A stretch of 64,000 bases of DNA, from assembly GCA_040285825.1 (NCBI GenBank), contig JAUPSS010000002.1, positions 3,410,001 through 3,474,000 on the forward strand. The letters are read 5' to 3'. Shown here piece by piece: positions 13,498 through 24,139 of this stretch. Each line of letters opens with the position of its first letter. Position 1 is the stretch's first letter. The position numbers and the translations under genes are program-made. The notes beneath the pieces are model-generated. The model saw only the letters and a list, made by a program, of their open reading frames with translations, was not told the origin of the DNA and searched no databases. The DNA is from Eukaryota sp. TZLM1-RC (taxonomy: Eukaryota > Protista > Metamonada: BaSk clade).

Positions 13498-14511
13498 AAC
13501 ATCACCATCTATTTCTCTCGAATTTTGCAGAATTTTTAATGAATTAAGAACAAAATTTTTGGCTAATTTGCTCGATATTGATTCTTCTTTTTTACGTAGT
13601 CATATTTTTTGTAGCACAGAATTGGGAGGCCTGGATTTTCACAAATCAAAATATTTGTGTAAAGCCGCATTCATCGGTGGAGGAAAACATTTCGTTTTTG
13701 AATTTTTGAAACGCTTTCCTGAAAACCAGCATTTAATAGAATGTTGTGTTAGTGACTATTTAGTGTCCTTGCAGAGTGAAATTGAATGCATCTTTCCTCA
13801 CATATGGTCCAAATGCTTTCCTGCTGATATTCAAGAAATTCCACCCAGGAGTTTGATTTCCTTGAAATTTGCATATGCTAAATTACAAAAAAGGTATTAA
13901 AAGTTTTTGAAAACTTGGATTTCACTGTTCGTCTTAGCTTGGCTAAAGAAAAGAATCCCGTTTTTGCAAACTTTTTAATTGACCTCAAGGATAGTAGCTC
14001 AAGTTGTCTTATTTCCCAGATTCCAAAAGTATATGGTCTATTATTAAATGATCATCAATGGACAACTGCATTCAGGATGAGATGTTTTCTGTGGCCATGT
14101 AGTGTGCCAAATGATTTGATTTGTCGTTGTGGTCAGCTCATTAATCTGAATCATTTATTTAATTGTAAATTTAATATTACATATCGCTCAGTTGTTCACG
14201 ATGCTGTTAGAGGCCAACTATACGCAATGTGCAAAAGTCATCACATCGAAGCTTTTGGTGAACCACTTGTGCGAAGATTGTCATCTGAAAATGAAGATGA
14301 AAATACTTTTGGGAAACGCCGTGCTGATTTAATTACCCCTGCGTCGGTTAATGAAAATTCTCATCCCCAATATAATTTATGTCCATTTGTTTTTTCTTTG
14401 CTTGGATCTCTAGGTAAGGCTGCTATGGCTTTCCTTGAAGATTTTGTTGTAGTTGTAAAGGAACGCACTGGAAGAATTTTCAATCGTGTTTACTGGCAAA
14501 ACAGGATTGTA

Positions 14512-17500
14512 TTTTTTTTCTCCCTCCCTTAGTCAACCCTTTCATATTTCACTTTCTGTCAAAGCGTCAAAGTCGTACTGTTTCTCTGTCAAAACGATGC
14601 CTTTGGCTGATAGTGACTCTGATACTGATTGGAACGCCCAAGCAAAGATTCTACCAGTCAGATCAAGCTCATCCACTCCACTTCCCCACTCTCCCCACAA
14701 TACAAGCTATGCTCGAAATTCATCTCAAAAAAATTTTCATTCAAAAACTGATCATTGTACCAGAAAAAACACAGAAAAACCACCATTACGTTCCTTGCGT
14801 TCTGTTGCGCGTTCTATTAACAACTCCGTTTCTCGAAATTTGTTTTCTCCAGCTGAAACTGCAAAAAGTCAAAAGTCTATTTCTACTTTTAACTCACAAA
14901 TTAACAAAATTGAAAGAACTGAAAAAATGAAACCAATGCCATTAAAAGGTTTTAAAAAATGTTCGATTTGTGGTACCAGTGGTCATAATTCGAGAACGTG
15001 CCCTGAAAAGCAAAAAAGAGAATTTGAATTAAAATCTGCTCAACAAATTCTCGAATGTTCTGTTCCAGCTGTTGCCGTTGTGAAAGGTGCTGAAAATAAT
15101 GTTTCTGACGATCAACAGTTAAATGCTTCTAGTGTTCCCTCTTCTTCCCCTTCTGAAAACAGTAATTTTTGTTGTCCATTTTGCAAAAAAGATGTTGCAG
15201 ATTCACGAAATGGTCGAAAACTTCTGTTTTGTACGAATTGTAAAGCCGTTGATACCGTAAGACCCCCGATCCGAATCCCAGTAGAAATAAGTCCCGCCAG
15301 CGTAATCCCCTTCTCAATGGAAATGAGAAATTTTACTTCTGAATTGAAAAATAATAAGTGGAATATTTCATCCTTCTGGAAATATTTTGCTAGAAAAAAC
15401 AAAAATTGTTTTAAGAAAAAATTTGGAAATAGAAAAATTGTAAAATCAAAAATTTGCCGAAAATTGTGCTTACGTGGTCGTTATGGTGCCGCAAAGCAGT
15501 CTTTGTTTTCCTCTTCTTTGGCTGATGCAAACTCTGATACCCTTGAAAAACTTCAAAAGTTGCATCCTCAAGAAAATTTCAAGTGCAGCAAGCCTGAAGT
15601 GTGTCCTTTTTGGATTGAAAATCCTATTACTGCAATTGAAGTTTTTAAACCTATTCAAAAATTGCCAAAGGGGAAAGCAGCAGGCCCATCTGGAATTTCT
15701 TTTGATCTGTTAAAAATAGCGTGTTCCAGTGCTCCCGAAATTGCTGATGATCTAGCCCACTATTTTCAACAATTGATTGTTTTGAAAATTAATCCTCCAT
15801 TTGAATTACTCGCAGCACGTCTGATTGCTTTAGTAAAGCCTGGAAACGGAATCAAACCTGATGGAATAAAATTTTTGAATAAAATTAAATTTAAAAAAAA
15901 CCTGATGGAATACGCCCAATTGCTGTTGGTGAATCTCTTTCTCGTTTGCTGGCATCAATTGTCTTCGATCGTGTCAAAGACAAAGCTTCTACATTTTTAA
16001 ATCCTCATCAATTTGGAATCAAAACAATTGATGGTGCTTCTGTTGCTGCTATTGCCTCTGATACCGATTTTAATGCAGAGGAAAATAATTTTATTTTTAA
16101 TCTCGACTTTAAAAATGCTTTTAATTCTGTAAAGCGAGAAGCAATTTTTGAAGTTATTAAATCTGATTTTCCTGAGCTATCGAGTTTTTTCTACCATTTT
16201 TATGGGAAAGAATCAGATTTAATTTTTAATTCATTTGGTCTTAAATCATCTTCTGGAGTGAAGCAGGGAGATCCTTTAGGCCCATTATTGTTTTGTTTAG
16301 CTATTCACAAAACTTAAATTAAGCAAAAATACCCTTCTATAAAAATAGTTGCTTATATGGATGATATATCCTTGATTGGTTCATTTGATTTACTAGAATT
16401 GGTTGCTCAAGAAATTACCGATTCATATGAAAATATTGGGCTTCATCTTAATGCCAGCAAATGCCTTCTGATTGGCTCTTCTGCTCAAGACCTCGTGATA
16501 AACGATTCTATTGCCCCTTTTACTAATTATAGTAGTGATGCTTTTAAGTTCCTTGGTTGTTGGTTAGGAAATGTGCCTCAAATTCAGAATGAATTGCAAG
16601 TTATTTTGGAAAAAATGAAAATTGAACTTGATTCAATTTCTTCTTTAGATATAGAAAAGCATATTAAATTTTTCTTGCTTAAAATTTGCTACACTGGGAG
16701 AATAACCCACATTTTGAGATCTTGTGCTCCTTCCATAGCACTAGATTTTTGTCGTTCTTTTAATTCATTGAGAACAGAATTTTTGCTGATTTATTGGATG
16801 TGGAACCTGGAATGTTGAAAAATCACTTATTTTCTTCAGCAGATTTGGGTGGTATTGGTTTTACTAAATCTTCAATTTTGTGTCAATCAGCATTCTTAGG
16901 TGGTGGCAAAAATTTTATTTATGAATTTTCTCGTAGATTTCCTGATGATTCTCATCTGTTAGTCCCCAATTGTAGTCCCTATTTGTATGAGTTATCTTGT
17001 GAACTTGAAAAATTACCGCCACAAATTTGGACCAAATGTTTTCCTCAATCAATTCAAGAAATTCCAAACCGATCTCTATTTAATTTACAGTTTTGCTGTG
17101 AAAAGCTTCAACAAAAATTGTCAAAGATTTTTGAAAGCTTGGATTTTGATGTTAGACTTGGCTTGGCCAAGAAAAAGAATCCCGCTTTTGCAAATCTTTT
17201 ACAAGATATGTGTGGCAGTACTTCTTCTGCCTTAGTAACAACAATTCCCCAAGTTTATGGCACTCTCTTAACTGATTCTGCTTGGACTTTGAATATGAGA
17301 TTTCGTTCCTTTATCTGGTCTGATAATTTACCTCATAATTTATTTTGTAAATGTTCTCGAAAAATTACAACTACTTTTGTTGAATTGTAAACATTTTATT
17401 ACTTTTAGAAGCAAGGTTCATGATGCTGTAAGAGACCAGTTATATTGTATGTGTAAATCTCATAGAATTCAATCCTTCTTGGAACCTTTGTTGTCAAGTC

Positions 17501-18011
17501 TGTTTGATGCTGAAGATGATTTTCATATGAATAACCTGGATTAGATGGAAAGTTCATTTTATTGGATGTAATGTCTGTTGATCCTTGTAATGCCTCAAAT
17601 GAAAGGCTAGTTAATTCTGAAATTCATAATCCCCTTTCAAATGCTGAAAATTTTAAATTCAAAAAATACAATGAACCTTTGTCCAAATTGGCCAGTCTAC
17701 AGCATGCAAAATACAATTTGTATCCATTTGTATTTTCCCTTTTTGGTTCACTTGCACCAACTGCTTTACGTTTTTTGGATGATTTTGAAATGATTGTAAA
17801 GAGAAGAACTGGCAGAAATTTCAACAGATTGTTTTGGCAAAATAGAATTGTGTTTTCTATTTTTAAGGGGATGTTGAAGATGGTTTCTGATGCTTTGCTT
17901 TCTCTTGGATCTCACTATGAGAGAGTTGCATCTAGTGTTTTTGTTTTGGGAGAGATGGATTTTTTAGATGTTGATTTATAGGTTTAGAATAAAATTAAAT
18001 TTTAAAAAAAA
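14512..18011 (+). mobile_element. Family A full-length, disrupted copy
   Basis: T8 5' end, ATG at 14597, ORF pieces 14486-16000, 15946-16317, 16357-16818, 16794-17390 and 17562-17981, then the A-tail. Confidence 0.92.
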
Positions 18012-18072
18012 TCTAAATAAAAATTTTTTAAACCAATTTCAAATTCCTTTTCCTTTTCATATTTGGAGATAT

Positions 18073-18420
18073 TTAAGTCCCGGAGTTAAAGCACCGAACA
18101 ATGAAAATACAATAGATAAACTGAAAATACTTCATCCTTATGAAGACCCTATAATGGATCAAAATTTTTACGGCACATACTGGGAAAATTATCCATTGAT
18201 GCCATCAGCAGTTTTTTCGGTTATCAAAAAGAGACCTTGTGGTAAGTCTGCCGGACTTTCTGGTATTACTATTGATCATGTAAAAGCCGCGATTATTTCT
18301 TCAGAAGATTGCCTTGGTTTATTGACCAAATTTTTCAACCAAATATTATCTGGTCAACTCAAATACCCAGAAGAATTAAGAAGTTCTCGTTTGACTGCAC
18401 TTGTCAAAAATTCAAAAATG
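18073..18420 (+). mobile_element. Family E internal fragment (pre-RT)
   Basis: LSPGVKAPNNENT...RLTALVKNSKM matches the E copy at 44160-45420. Confidence 0.82.
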
Positions 18421-18624
18421 TGTGACAGTACTTCCTCTGCCTTAGTAACAACAATTCCACAAGTTTATGGTACTCTCTTATCCGATTCTGCTTGGACTCT
18501 GAATATGAGATTTCGTTCCTTTATCTGGCCTGATAATTTACCTCATAATTTAATTTGTAAATGTTTTCGAGAAATTACAACTACTCATTTGTTAAATTGT
18601 AAACATTTTATTACTTTTAGAAGC
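18418..18624 (+). mobile_element. Family A fragment hosting the D insertion (continues at 25390-25493)
   Basis: MCDSTSS...FITFRS is cut at AGAAGC and resumes as KVHDAVRD at about 25395. Confidence 0.85.
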
Positions 18625-20654
18625 TTTTTTTTTAAAAACTGGAATATTTATTGAGATAAAAATAACCATCTAGAATTCAATATCCTCCAAACAAGCGTCA
18701 CTATTACTGAACCTACTCACAGCATTACGTTCATATTCTACACCAATAGCTAAAAGTGCCTTTGAAATCATTGTTGGAATAGACTTGAAAATGCAAAAAA
18801 CAATTCTATTTAACCAGAAGGTGGAGTTCATTGTTTTACCAGACCTATTCAGTAACACTTTTTTAAAATTTTCCAAAAAGTGCAAGCCTGAAGGTCCAAT
18901 ATTGCCAAAAAGAGAAATTGCAAACGGCACAAACTGATATTTCACATGTTCCACTCTACCTAACTGTGCCAAAGGTTCTTCATATTTTTTATCTTCTTTT
19001 TTTCGGCGTTAGATAACGGCGAGTCAGCGGAATACACTAAACGAGCAGCAGAATTTTTGCAAACATCCACTGAGACAACGTCTACAACATTGAGAACACC
19101 ATCGATCCCTGGAGCTACTAAATCTGCCCTTCTTTTACCAAAGGAATCATCAGTTTGATCTGAAGACAGCTTACGTACTAGTGGCTCAATAAATGCCTCT
19201 ATATTGAAACTTTTGCACATGGCATATAATTGATCACGAACTGAGTCATGAACAAGTGAGCGATAAGTTATGAAATACTTACAGTTTAAAATATGGGAAA
19301 GCGTAACAACACTCTTGCAGCGACAAATTAAATCATTTGGCAATGAGCAAGGCCATAGAAAACATCTCAATCTCATTGCAGTGGTCCATTGGTGATCATT
19401 AAGTATAAGGCCGTAAATGTTGGGAATTTGGGAGATTAAGCAACTTGAGCAACTGTCTTCAAGATCAATCAAAAAGTTTGCAAAAACGGGATTTTTTTCC
19501 TTAGCCAAGCTAAGACGTACAATATAATCCAAGTTTTCTAAAACTTTCAAAATTTTTTCTGCAATTTTGCAAAAGTCAATGGTAAGGAGAGCAAGCTTCT
19601 TGAAGGAAGTTCCACAATATCAGAGGGGAAACATTTAGCCCAAATATTGGGTGAAAGAGTTTCAATTTCCTGTTGCAAAGAAATAAGATAGGAGCTGCCA
19701 CAATTTTCAATGAGATGAATTTTTTCAGGAAAACGATTCACAAATTCATAAATAAAATTCTTTCCACCTCCAATAAAGGCAGCTTTACAAAGGTAGCTTG
19801 ACTTATGAAAATCAACACCACCAAAATTTGTACCACAAAAAATGTGGCTTCGTAACTGAGATGCATCAATTTCCAATAATTTTGCTAAAAAATTAGTTCT
19901 TTGTTCATTAAAAATGCGACAGAACTCCAAGGAAATTGATGGTGATGTTGATCTTAAAATATGAGTAAATTTTCCAGAATAACAGATTTTGAGGAAAAAG
20001 AATTTCAAATGTTTCTCAATATTTAAATTTTCTAATGATTCTAATTCATTTCCAAATTGAGTCAACAGAGTCGAAAGTTGGCTTTTCACTTCATCAATAT
20101 TTCCGAGATAACAACCCAAAAAACGAAAACCAGACTGATCATAATTGATAAAGGGGACATTTACATCATTAATGAAAAAATCAATTGGTTCATGGCCAAT
20201 AATCAAACATTTGGAGATATTCAATGAGAGACCAATATCTTCATAACGCTGTTGAATAAAAGTTGCTATTTGTTTCAGAATTGTAATAGGAGCAATTACA
20301 GAAATGTCATCCATATATGCTACAATATCTATTTCTGGGAATTTTTCTTTCAATTCGCACATTAATGGATGAATTGCCAGACAAAAGAAAAAAGGACCAA
20401 GTGGATCACCTTGTTTAACACCTGAAGACGAAAGCAGGTCAAAATTTTCATAGACCAATGTGGATGATTTTCCATAAAATGAATAGAAAAAAGGCTCAAC
20501 TTCAGGAAAATGCTTTTGCAGCAAAGGTAAAATGGAAGAACGAGATACAGAATTGAAAGCATTCTTAAAATCTAAATTGAAGATGTAATTAGAATCACTA
20601 GAATTAAAAAACACATCCGACGAAAGAGCAGCAGAAGAAGCACCATCAATTGTC

Positions 20655-23600
20655 TTTTTTTTTAAAATTTAATTTTATTCTAAACCTATAAATCAACATC
20701 TAAAAAATCCATCTCTCCCAAAACAAAAACACTAGATGCAACTCTCTCATAGTGAGATCCAAGAGAAAGCAAAGCATCAGAAACCATCTTCAACATCCCC
20801 TTAAAAATAGAAAACACAATTCTATTTTGCCAAAACAATCTGTTGAAATTTCTGCCAGTTCTTCTCTTTACAATCATTTCAAAATCATCCAAAAAACGTA
20901 AAGCAGTTGGTGCAAGTGAACCAAAAAGGGAAAATACAAATGGATACAAATTGTATTTTGCATGCTGTAGACTGGCCAATTTGGACAAAGGTTCATTGTA
21001 TTTTTTGAATTTAAAATTTTCAGCATTTGAAAGGGGATTATGAATTTCAGAATTAACAAGCCTTTCATTTGAGGCATTACAAGGATCAACAGACATTACA
21101 TCCAATAAAATGAAGCTTCCATCTAATCCAGGTAATATGACATCACCTCTATTATTCTTATGAAAATCATTTTCAGCATCAAACAGATTTGACAACAAAG
21201 GTTCCAAGAAGGATTCAATTCTATGAGATTTACACATACAATATAACTGGTCTCTTACAGCATCATGAACCTTGCTTCTAAAAGTAATAAAATGTTTACA
21301 ATTTAACAAATGAGTAGTTGTAATTTCTCGAGAACATTTACAAATTAAATTATGAGGTAAATTATCAGGCCAGATAAAGGAACGAAATTTCATATTCAGA
21401 GTCCAAGCAGAATCGGATAAGAGAGTACCATAAACTTGTGGAATTGTTGTTACTAAGGCAGAAGAAGTACTGTCACACATATCTTGTAAAAGATTTGCTA
21501 AAGCGGGATTCTTTTTCTTGGCCAAGCCAAGTCTAACATCAAAATCCAAGCTTTCAAAAATCTTTGACAATTTTTGTTGAAGCTTTTTACAGCAAAACTG
21601 TAAATTAAATAGAGATCGGTTTGGAATATCTTGAATTGATTGAGGAAAACATTTGGTCCAAATTTGTGGCGGTAATTTTTCAAGTTCACAAGATAACTCA
21701 TACAAATAGGGACTACAATTGGGGACTAACAGATGGGAATCATCAGGAAATCTACGAGAAAATTCATAAATAAAATTTTTGCCACCACCCAAGAATGCTG
21801 ATTGACACAAAATTGAAGATTTAGTAAATCCAATACCCCCCAAATTTGCTGAAGAAAATAAATGGCTTTTCAACATTCCTGGTTCTACATCCAATAAATC
21901 AGCAAAAAATTCTGTTCTCAATGAATTAAAAGAACGACAAAAATCTAATGCTATGGAAGGAGCACAAGATCTCAAAATGTGGGTTATTCTTCCAGTGTAG
22001 CAAATTTTAAGCATGAAAAATTTAATATGCTTTTCTATATCTAAAGAAGAAATTGAATCAAGTTCAATTTTCATTTTTTCCAAAATACCTTGCAATTCAT
22101 TCTGAATTTGAGGCACATTTCCTAACCAACAACCAAGGAACTTAAAAGCATCACTACTATCATTAGTAAAAGGGACAATAGAATCGTTTATCACGAGGTC
22201 TTGAGCAGAAGAGCCAATCAGAAGGCATTTGCTGGCATTAAGATGAAGCCCAATATTTTCATATGAACCGGCAATTTCTTGAGCAACCAATTCTAGTAAA
22301 TCAAATGAACCAATCAAGGATATATCATCCATATAAGCAACTATTTTTATAGAAGGGTATTTTTGCTTAATGATATTTAAAGTTTTGTGAATAGCTAAAC
22401 AAAACAATAATGGGCCTAAAGGATCTCCCTGCTTCACTCCAGAAGATGATTTAAGACCAAATGAATTAAAAATTAAATCTGATTCTTTCCCATAAAAATG
22501 GTAGAAAAAACTCGATAGCTCAGGAAAATCAGATTTAATAACTTCAAAAATTGCTTCTCGCTTTACAGAATTAAAAGCATTTTTAAAGTCGAGATTAAAA
22601 ATAAAATTATTTTCCTCTGCATTAAAAAAGGTATCAGAGGCAATAGCAGCAACAGAAGCACCATCAATTGTTTTGATTCCAAATTGATGAGGATTCAAAA
22701 ATGTATAAGCTTTGTCTTTGACACGATCGAAGACAATTGATGCTAGCAAACGAGAAAGAGATTCACCAACAGCAATTGGGCGTATTCCATCAGGTTTGAT
22801 TCCGTTTCCAGGCTTTACTAAAGCAATCAGACGTGCTGCGAGTAATTCAAATGGAGGATTAATTTTCAAAACAATCAATTGTTGAAAATAGTGGGCTAGA
22901 TCATCAGCAATTTCGGGAGCACTGGAACATGCTATTTTTAAGAGATCAAAAGAAATTCCAGATGGGCCTGCTGCTTTCCCCTTTGGCAATTTCTGAATAG
23001 CTTTAAGAACTTCAATTGCAGTAATAGGATTTTCAATCCAAAAAGGACACACTTCAGGCTTGCTGCACTTGAAATTTTCTTGAGGATGCAACTTTTGAAG
23101 TTTTTCAAGGGTATCAGAGTTTGCATCAGCCAAAGAAGAGGAAAACAAAGACTGCTTTGCGGCACCATAACGACCACGTAAGCACAATTTACGGCAAATT
23201 TTTGATTTTACAATTTTTCTATTTCCAAATTTTTTCTTAAAACAATTTTTGTTTTTTCTAGCAAAATATTTCCAGAAGGATGAAATATTCCACTTATTAT
23301 TTTTCAATTCAGAAGTAAAATTTCTCATTTCCATTGAGAAGGGGATTGTGCTGGCGGGACTTATTTCTACTGGGATCCGGATCGGGGGTCTTACGGTATC
23401 AACGGCTTTACAATTCGTACAAAACAGAAGTTTTCGACCATTTCGTGAATCTGCAACATCTTTTTTGCAAAATGGACAACAAAAATTACTGTTTTCAGAA
23501 GGGGAAGAAGAGGGAACACTAGAAGCATTTAACTGTTGATCGTCAGAAACATTATTTTCAGCACCTTTCACAACGGCAACAGCTGGAACAGAACATTTGA

Positions 23601-24139
23601 GAATTTGTTGAGCAGATTTTAATTCAAATTCTCTTTTTTGTTTCTCAGGGCACGTTCTTGAGTTATGACCACTGATACCACAAATCGAACATTTTTTAGA
23701 ACCTTTTAATGGCAGTTGTTTCATTTTTTCAGTTCTTTCAATTTTGTCAATTTTTGAGTTAAAAGTAGAAATAGACTTTTGACTTTTTGCAGTTTCAGCT
23801 GGAGAAAACAAATTTCGAGAAACGGAGTTGTTAATAGAACGCGCAACAGAACGCAAGGAACGTAATGGTGGTTTTTCTGTGTTTTTTCTGGTACAATGAT
23901 CAGTTTTTGAATGAAAATTTTTTTGAGATGAATTTCGAGCATAGCTTGTATTGTGGGGAGAGTGGGGAAGTGGAGTGGATGAGCTTGATCTGACTGGTAG
24001 AATCTTTGCTTGGGCGTTCCAATCAGTATCAGAGTCACTATCAGCCAAAGCCATCGTTTTGACAGAGAAACAGTACGACTTTGACGCCTTGACAGAAAGT
24101 GAAATATGAAAGGGTTGACTAAGGGAGGGAGAAAAGAAA
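20655..24139 (-). mobile_element. Family A full-length intact element (~3.48 kb)
   Basis: 5' TTTCTTTTCTCCCTCCC, 3' A-tail, TSD ATCAATTGTC(TT) at 20645 and 24140. Confidence 0.96.
20686..24054 (-). CDS. Single-ORF non-LTR retrotransposon protein (1122 aa): zinc knuckle, C4 finger, reverse transcriptase, CCHC, restriction-like endonuclease
   Basis: Uninterrupted ORF with KAAGPSG, IRPIAVGE, LDFKNAFN, GVKQGDPLGP, YMDD, FLG; CKC-x7-H-x3-C, HDAVRD, EP, RGD..LDV, KFKKY. The upstream 78 codons in the ORF track are read-through from flank and 5' UTR. Confidence 0.95.
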   Translation of the reverse strand: MALADSDSDTDWNAQAKILPVRSSSSTPLPHSPHNTSYARNSSQKNFHSKTDHCTRKNTEKPPLRSLRSVARSINNSVSRNLFSPAETAKSQKSISTFNSKIDKIERTEKMKQLPLKGSKKCSICGISGHNSRTCPEKQKREFELKSAQQILKCSVPAVAVVKGAENNVSDDQQLNASSVPSSSPSENSNFCCPFCKKDVADSRNGRKLLFCTNCKAVDTVRPPIRIPVEISPASTIPFSMEMRNFTSELKNNKWNISSFWKYFARKNKNCFKKKFGNRKIVKSKICRKLCLRGRYGAAKQSLFSSSLADANSDTLEKLQKLHPQENFKCSKPEVCPFWIENPITAIEVLKAIQKLPKGKAAGPSGISFDLLKIACSSAPEIADDLAHYFQQLIVLKINPPFELLAARLIALVKPGNGIKPDGIRPIAVGESLSRLLASIVFDRVKDKAYTFLNPHQFGIKTIDGASVAAIASDTFFNAEENNFIFNLDFKNAFNSVKREAIFEVIKSDFPELSSFFYHFYGKESDLIFNSFGLKSSSGVKQGDPLGPLLFCLAIHKTLNIIKQKYPSIKIVAYMDDISLIGSFDLLELVAQEIAGSYENIGLHLNASKCLLIGSSAQDLVINDSIVPFTNDSSDAFKFLGCWLGNVPQIQNELQGILEKMKIELDSISSLDIEKHIKFFMLKICYTGRITHILRSCAPSIALDFCRSFNSLRTEFFADLLDVEPGMLKSHLFSSANLGGIGFTKSSILCQSAFLGGGKNFIYEFSRRFPDDSHLLVPNCSPYLYELSCELEKLPPQIWTKCFPQSIQDIPNRSLFNLQFCCKKLQQKLSKIFESLDFDVRLGLAKKKNPALANLLQDMCDSTSSALVTTIPQVYGTLLSDSAWTLNMKFRSFIWPDNLPHNLICKCSREITTTHLLNCKHFITFRSKVHDAVRDQLYCMCKSHRIESFLEPLLSNLFDAENDFHKNNRGDVILPGLDGSFILLDVMSVDPCNASNERLVNSEIHNPLSNAENFKFKKYNEPLSKLASLQHAKYNLYPFVFSLFGSLAPTALRFLDDFEMIVKRRTGRNFNRLFWQNRIVFSIFKGMLKMVSDALLSLGSHYERVASSVFVLGEMDFLDVDL

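Larger units (their letters stand above)
8597..14343 (+). mobile_element. Family C copy (inverted duplicate of 2803-5125), interrupted by full-length B
   Basis: ORF 9057-9908 translates identically to 3813-4664; 13559-14343 matches 2803-3585. Confidence 0.88.
1..17200. repeat. Large inverted duplication: 1-5385 versus ~8335-17200
   Basis: The same compound junctions (A5'/B/C/A3') appear in mirror order; the right arm has an extra full-length B. Confidence 0.9.

Noticed and set aside
20686-24054. Bacterial RT system (group II intron, retron, DGR) or LTR element
   Set aside because: A-tails, 5' truncation, variable TSDs and a C-terminal CCHC plus RLE identify non-LTR elements; no LTRs, integrase or protease seen
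24115-24135. Telomeric repeat or SL-RNA target near the 5' end (CTAAGGGAGGGAG)
   Set aside because: Single non-tandem motif belonging to the element 5' UTR; no telomere or SL array seen
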